Source: Camelus ferus
Lineage: Eukaryota
Assembly (NCBI RefSeq): GCF_009834535.1
Contig: NC_045697.1
Location: 77,688,001-77,752,000 of the forward strand
DNA: 64,000 nucleotides
Direction: 5' to 3'
This document shows, piece after piece, positions 62,223 to 64,000 of the stretch. Position 1 is the stretch's first letter, and every line of letters starts with the position of its first letter. The notes beneath the pieces were generated by a model. That model was not told the DNA's origin. It did not search any database and worked only from the letters and a program-made list of their open reading frames with translations. The translations under genes and the position numbers were made by a program.

Positions 62223-63301
62223 TACATCATTAATGGATTTAGAAGTCTTTTATTAATTGGTTTTCACCTCAACTTCCATTGTTTTTGAGAGCATCCTTAT
62301 GCTTGAACTTCTCCACACTCTGTTGCAAATGAAATCAGTTCCTTTGGGAAGAAATTCAAAGCTCTCTGATTTATAGCCCCCCTTCTCTCCCCTGACAAAA
62401 TCTCTCAGCCAAGTTTCTAGAGCTGTAGGTAGAAACAGTGATGTGCTTCTTTTTGAGTGACATACCTACTTTAGGAGCTGGGTACTTGGTGGAAGGGGAT
62501 GTAGCTGTAGCTTCTGGTATTCTCAGCTTGGGCAAGCAATTTCTCTTTATAAGTGGGCCAGAGCAAGGGCTATTGGAAACCCGGTATTCTTGATGCACTA
62601 GCCCCAAAGTAGAGCCTCCATCCCATGAGTGGGGCCTTGGTGTAAGAAAGGAGCATCACCAGAACTCTTGCCTAAAATCTCCTCTGTATTGTGTTCCAGG
62701 GAACTTCATGTTCCTTAATCCCCTTCCCCATAGGATTCTGAGTTAGATTTTGCTAATGCCAACTTGAATGAGATCCAAAGTCTTCTCTATGTTTATTTGA
62801 GAACCACCTGCTTCACTGCTTTGGAGCAAATTAGTTGGTGAAAAATTTTTCAGAGAAACTTGAAAATTCCATTTCCTGTGAACCTTAGATACATAACCTG
62901 TTGCCTCAGTGCTTCAGATTGTGGTCATCAGTGTCCACTTCACTTTTTCAAAACTTTGATGGCAAATTCCCTGACCTTTGCTCTATCCTTCAGGTAAATC
63001 CTTATAATAATAAACCCTTTATTTCTGGAATTCTTAAAGGGGCTCTGCTTTGTTAAGAAAAAACAAAGACTGAAATGGTCAGGTGCCCAGGGCATATATT
63101 TTGGTAGTTATTGTTTAGTTGAGAAAGACCATAAATGCCAAGAAGAAAAATGGAAGTTTTGTAAGTAAGAATGAGGAGGGGCAACAAGGTGCTGGAGATG
63201 ATCGGAGGGGTTAGGGTCAAGAGTATTGTTGAATGGACAATCCCTGAGCAGGAGGAAGAAGGGACATATCCTTAAGACTGGGTAGAAGTTAAGAATGATG
63301 T

Positions 63302-63590
63302 TGTGTTAGTCTGGTTCCTTTGAAAAGAAGACACCAGAATGGAATACTGTGTGCAAGTTATTCACTGGGGAAAATGCCTATGAGGGAAAATGGAGAGAAA
63401 GATGGAGGAGTCTGGGAGAACTTTGGTTCCGGTATGAACTCTGTGAAGAAAAGATGAAAAAAGGTCGAGTAGGAAGTGCCTTCAGAGCAGTGCAGGTGCC
63501 ATTTTGGAATTCTTTATCTAACACCAGTGGGCACATCCCACTGAGAACTCCACCCACCCCTGTGCCTCAGCTGGTCCTCACAGCTGCTGA
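63302..63590 (-). mobile_element. LTR16-like ERVL LTR fragment
   Basis: tgtgttagtctggttcctttgaaaagaagacacc...tgtgcaagttattcactggggaaaatgcctatga. Confidence 0.55.
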
Positions 63591-63599
63591 GCAGTAGCC

Positions 63600-64000
63600 C
63601 CATCCACCAGCACCCTGCAGCAGCCATGGCCCCTCGCGACAGGAGGGCACACACAGACCACCCTTTGAGCTCTTGGCTCTGGTGGCCAGGTGGGACTGCA
63701 CTTCTGAGCTCTGCAGGATGTCCCTTAAATAAGGCTGGTCCTTCAAGAATGGGAGGCATAGCTGGCACACCTAATACATAGAAACAAACAGAGAATATAG
63801 AAAGGAATATGTTCTGATTGAAAGAACAAAACAAAACCTCAGAAGAAGGGCTAAAATGAAAGAGGTAAGCAATCTACTTGATGAAGTGTTCAAAGTAATG
63901 GTCATAAAGATGCTCATAAAACTTGGGAGAAGAATGGATGAACATAATGAGAACTTCAACAAAGAGACAGAAAACATAAGAAAGTGCCAAACAGAAATTA
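63600..64000 (+). mobile_element. L1 5'UTR end and decayed ORF1 N-terminus, running off the window
   Basis: Encodes VSNLLDEVFKVMVIKMLIKLGRRMDEHNENFNKETENIRK, an L1 ORF1p coiled-coil-like sequence similar to the ORF1 piece at 30866-31127. Confidence 0.85.

Overview
Mammalian genomic DNA, most likely a camelid, judged from a tRNA-Ala-derived SINE with a CCTAATTA-type tail at ~14.69 kb. The first ~5 kb is a CpG-island promoter region with a strong minus-strand 5' splice site at 4684/4683 and weaker ones further left. This suggests non-coding first exon(s) of a gene transcribed leftward out of the window; I do not recognise the gene. The remaining ~59 kb is gene-free, repeat-dense flanking sequence. 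It holds about eight ERV1/ERV2-type solo LTRs (four with clean and two with imperfect target-site duplications), older MaLR/ERVL LTRs, L1 fragments with an internal deletion and inversions, L2/MIR, Tigger- and hAT-type DNA transposon remnants, microsatellites and a perfect 114-bp tandem duplication. No host protein-coding region, RNA gene or CRISPR array is supportable. I found no convincing new biological system. The most interesting signals are LTR-borne regulatory cassettes near the promoter, twin same-family solo LTRs 348 bp apart, an ORF1-to-RT deleted L1 and a few motif-rich unique segments. Repeat family names are from memory of consensus sequences, not from a search.
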